DNA of 64,000 nucleotides from a virus: IMG/VR virus record IMGVR_UViG_3300037264_005839; one strand, 5' to 3'. Shown piece by piece: positions 63,232 to 64,000 of this stretch (position 1 is its first letter; each line of letters starts with the position of its first letter). The notes under the pieces were generated by a model. It saw only the letters and a program-made list of their open reading frames with translations, ran no database searches and was not told where the DNA came from. The position numbers and the translations under genes were made by a program.

Positions 63232-64000
63232 ATGGCCTCCCTTGAGCGGGATGGCCTGCAAACCGGCTGCTCGGAAGATGAAGGAAATGTGACCACCTAC
63301 ATCCAAGGCATCGACGTTTCTCACCACCAAGGCAACGTGGACTTCGAGGCCGTGGCGGACTCAGGCATGCGCTTCGCTATCGCCAAGTGCACCGAGGGTG
63401 TCAACTACGAAGACCCCAAATTCCGAGAGAATTGGGCGAAGATGCTCGACGTAGGGGCCGACAAACTCCTGCGTGGCGCGTACCATTTCGCCCGGCCCTC
63501 AAGCACGGGAGGATCGGCGGATGGTGAGGCGGAGGCCCGAGACTTCTGTGCGGTGCTCAAGTCCGTCGGGTCCTACGAGGAGGGATGCCTTCCACCTGCG
63601 CTCGACTTTGAGGAGTACTCGGACTCGGACGGGAACGACAACATCCCGTGGATCGAGGCATTTGTGCGGGTCGTCGAGGCAGAACTTGGACGCTCGCCGA
63701 TGATTTACACAGGCGCCAACGTGTGGCGTTACGAGGTCAGCAACACCGACAAGTTCATCCACCTGCCGCTGTGGCAGGTCTACTACTCACGCACGGCTAC
63801 GCAGCCGTCCGACACTCCGTGGGATACATGGACCTTCTGGCAGTGGAGCGGCGGAGGCCAGTACGCCTACTACGGCCCCGTGCCAGGTATCCCGGGTTCA
63901 GGCATCTGCGATGTCAACCGCTTCAACGGCACCGAGGACCAGCTCCTCCAGCTCGCCATGATGGGAACCGAACCAGTGACCACATATCCCAAGCCCCCAC
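63232..64000 (+). CDS. GH25-family lysozyme (endolysin), 3'-partial
   Basis: open to window end; GIDVSHHQG, GMRFAIAKCTEG, GAYHFA, FWQWSGGG, GICDVNRFNG match the GH25 muramidase pattern. Confidence 0.75.
   Translation, partial: MASLERDGLQTGCSEDEGNVTTYIQGIDVSHHQGNVDFEAVADSGMRFAIAKCTEGVNYEDPKFRENWAKMLDVGADKLLRGAYHFARPSSTGGSADGEAEARDFCAVLKSVGSYEEGCLPPALDFEEYSDSDGNDNIPWIEAFVRVVEAELGRSPMIYTGANVWRYEVSNTDKFIHLPLWQVYYSRTATQPSDTPWDTWTFWQWSGGGQYAYYGPVPGIPGSGICDVNRFNGTEDQLLQLAMMGTEPVTTYPKPP

Noticed and set aside
1-64000. CRISPR arrays, rRNA or tRNA genes
   Set aside because: No regularly spaced direct repeats or rRNA-like stretches were seen by eye. tRNAs cannot be excluded without a tRNAscan-type search, especially given the tRNA-repair gene content.

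Overview
The 64-kb window has high GC (about 63%) and is tightly packed with mostly small genes. Many are joined by ATGA, GTGA or TGATG stop/start overlaps, which indicates long translationally coupled operons. Several features point to a large, probably jumbo-type, bacteriophage genome or prophage rather than core chromosome. These are three HNH endonucleases, a glycine-rich tail-fibre-like protein of 1013 aa, a 2074-aa polyvalent-type giant protein, and a GH25 endolysin that runs off the 3' end of the window. The gene order is a large plus-strand block (1-45150), a minus-strand island (45147-49436, interrupted only by the plus-strand gene 49489-49839), a short mixed region, a minus-strand structural block (53029-63177), and the endolysin on the plus strand. 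Recognisable products include the RtcB RNA ligase, two calcineurin-type phosphoesterases, a Thg1-like 3'-5' nucleotidyltransferase, Leu/Phe-tRNA-protein transferase (Aat), CinA/PncC, four NUDIX proteins, AlkB, endonuclease V, a C5-cytosine methyltransferase, DHFR, a dCMP-deaminase-like protein, a nucleoside deoxyribosyltransferase-like/NUDIX fusion, a DEDD exonuclease, an ATP-grasp enzyme, a Zn-ribbon sirtuin, an HD hydrolase, flotillin+NfeD, LemA+TPM, and IF-3. No rRNA, CRISPR array or obvious tRNA was recognised by eye. A tRNA search could not be run. The most striking features are the coherent RNA/tRNA end-repair toolkit and Aat. Also unusual are the giant modular protein (two HExxH domains and an ART-like C-terminus), a phage-borne IF-3, and two recurrent promoter-proximal motif families. 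Start coordinates of hypothetical genes are approximate. All calls are by eye from the sequence and the ORF track.
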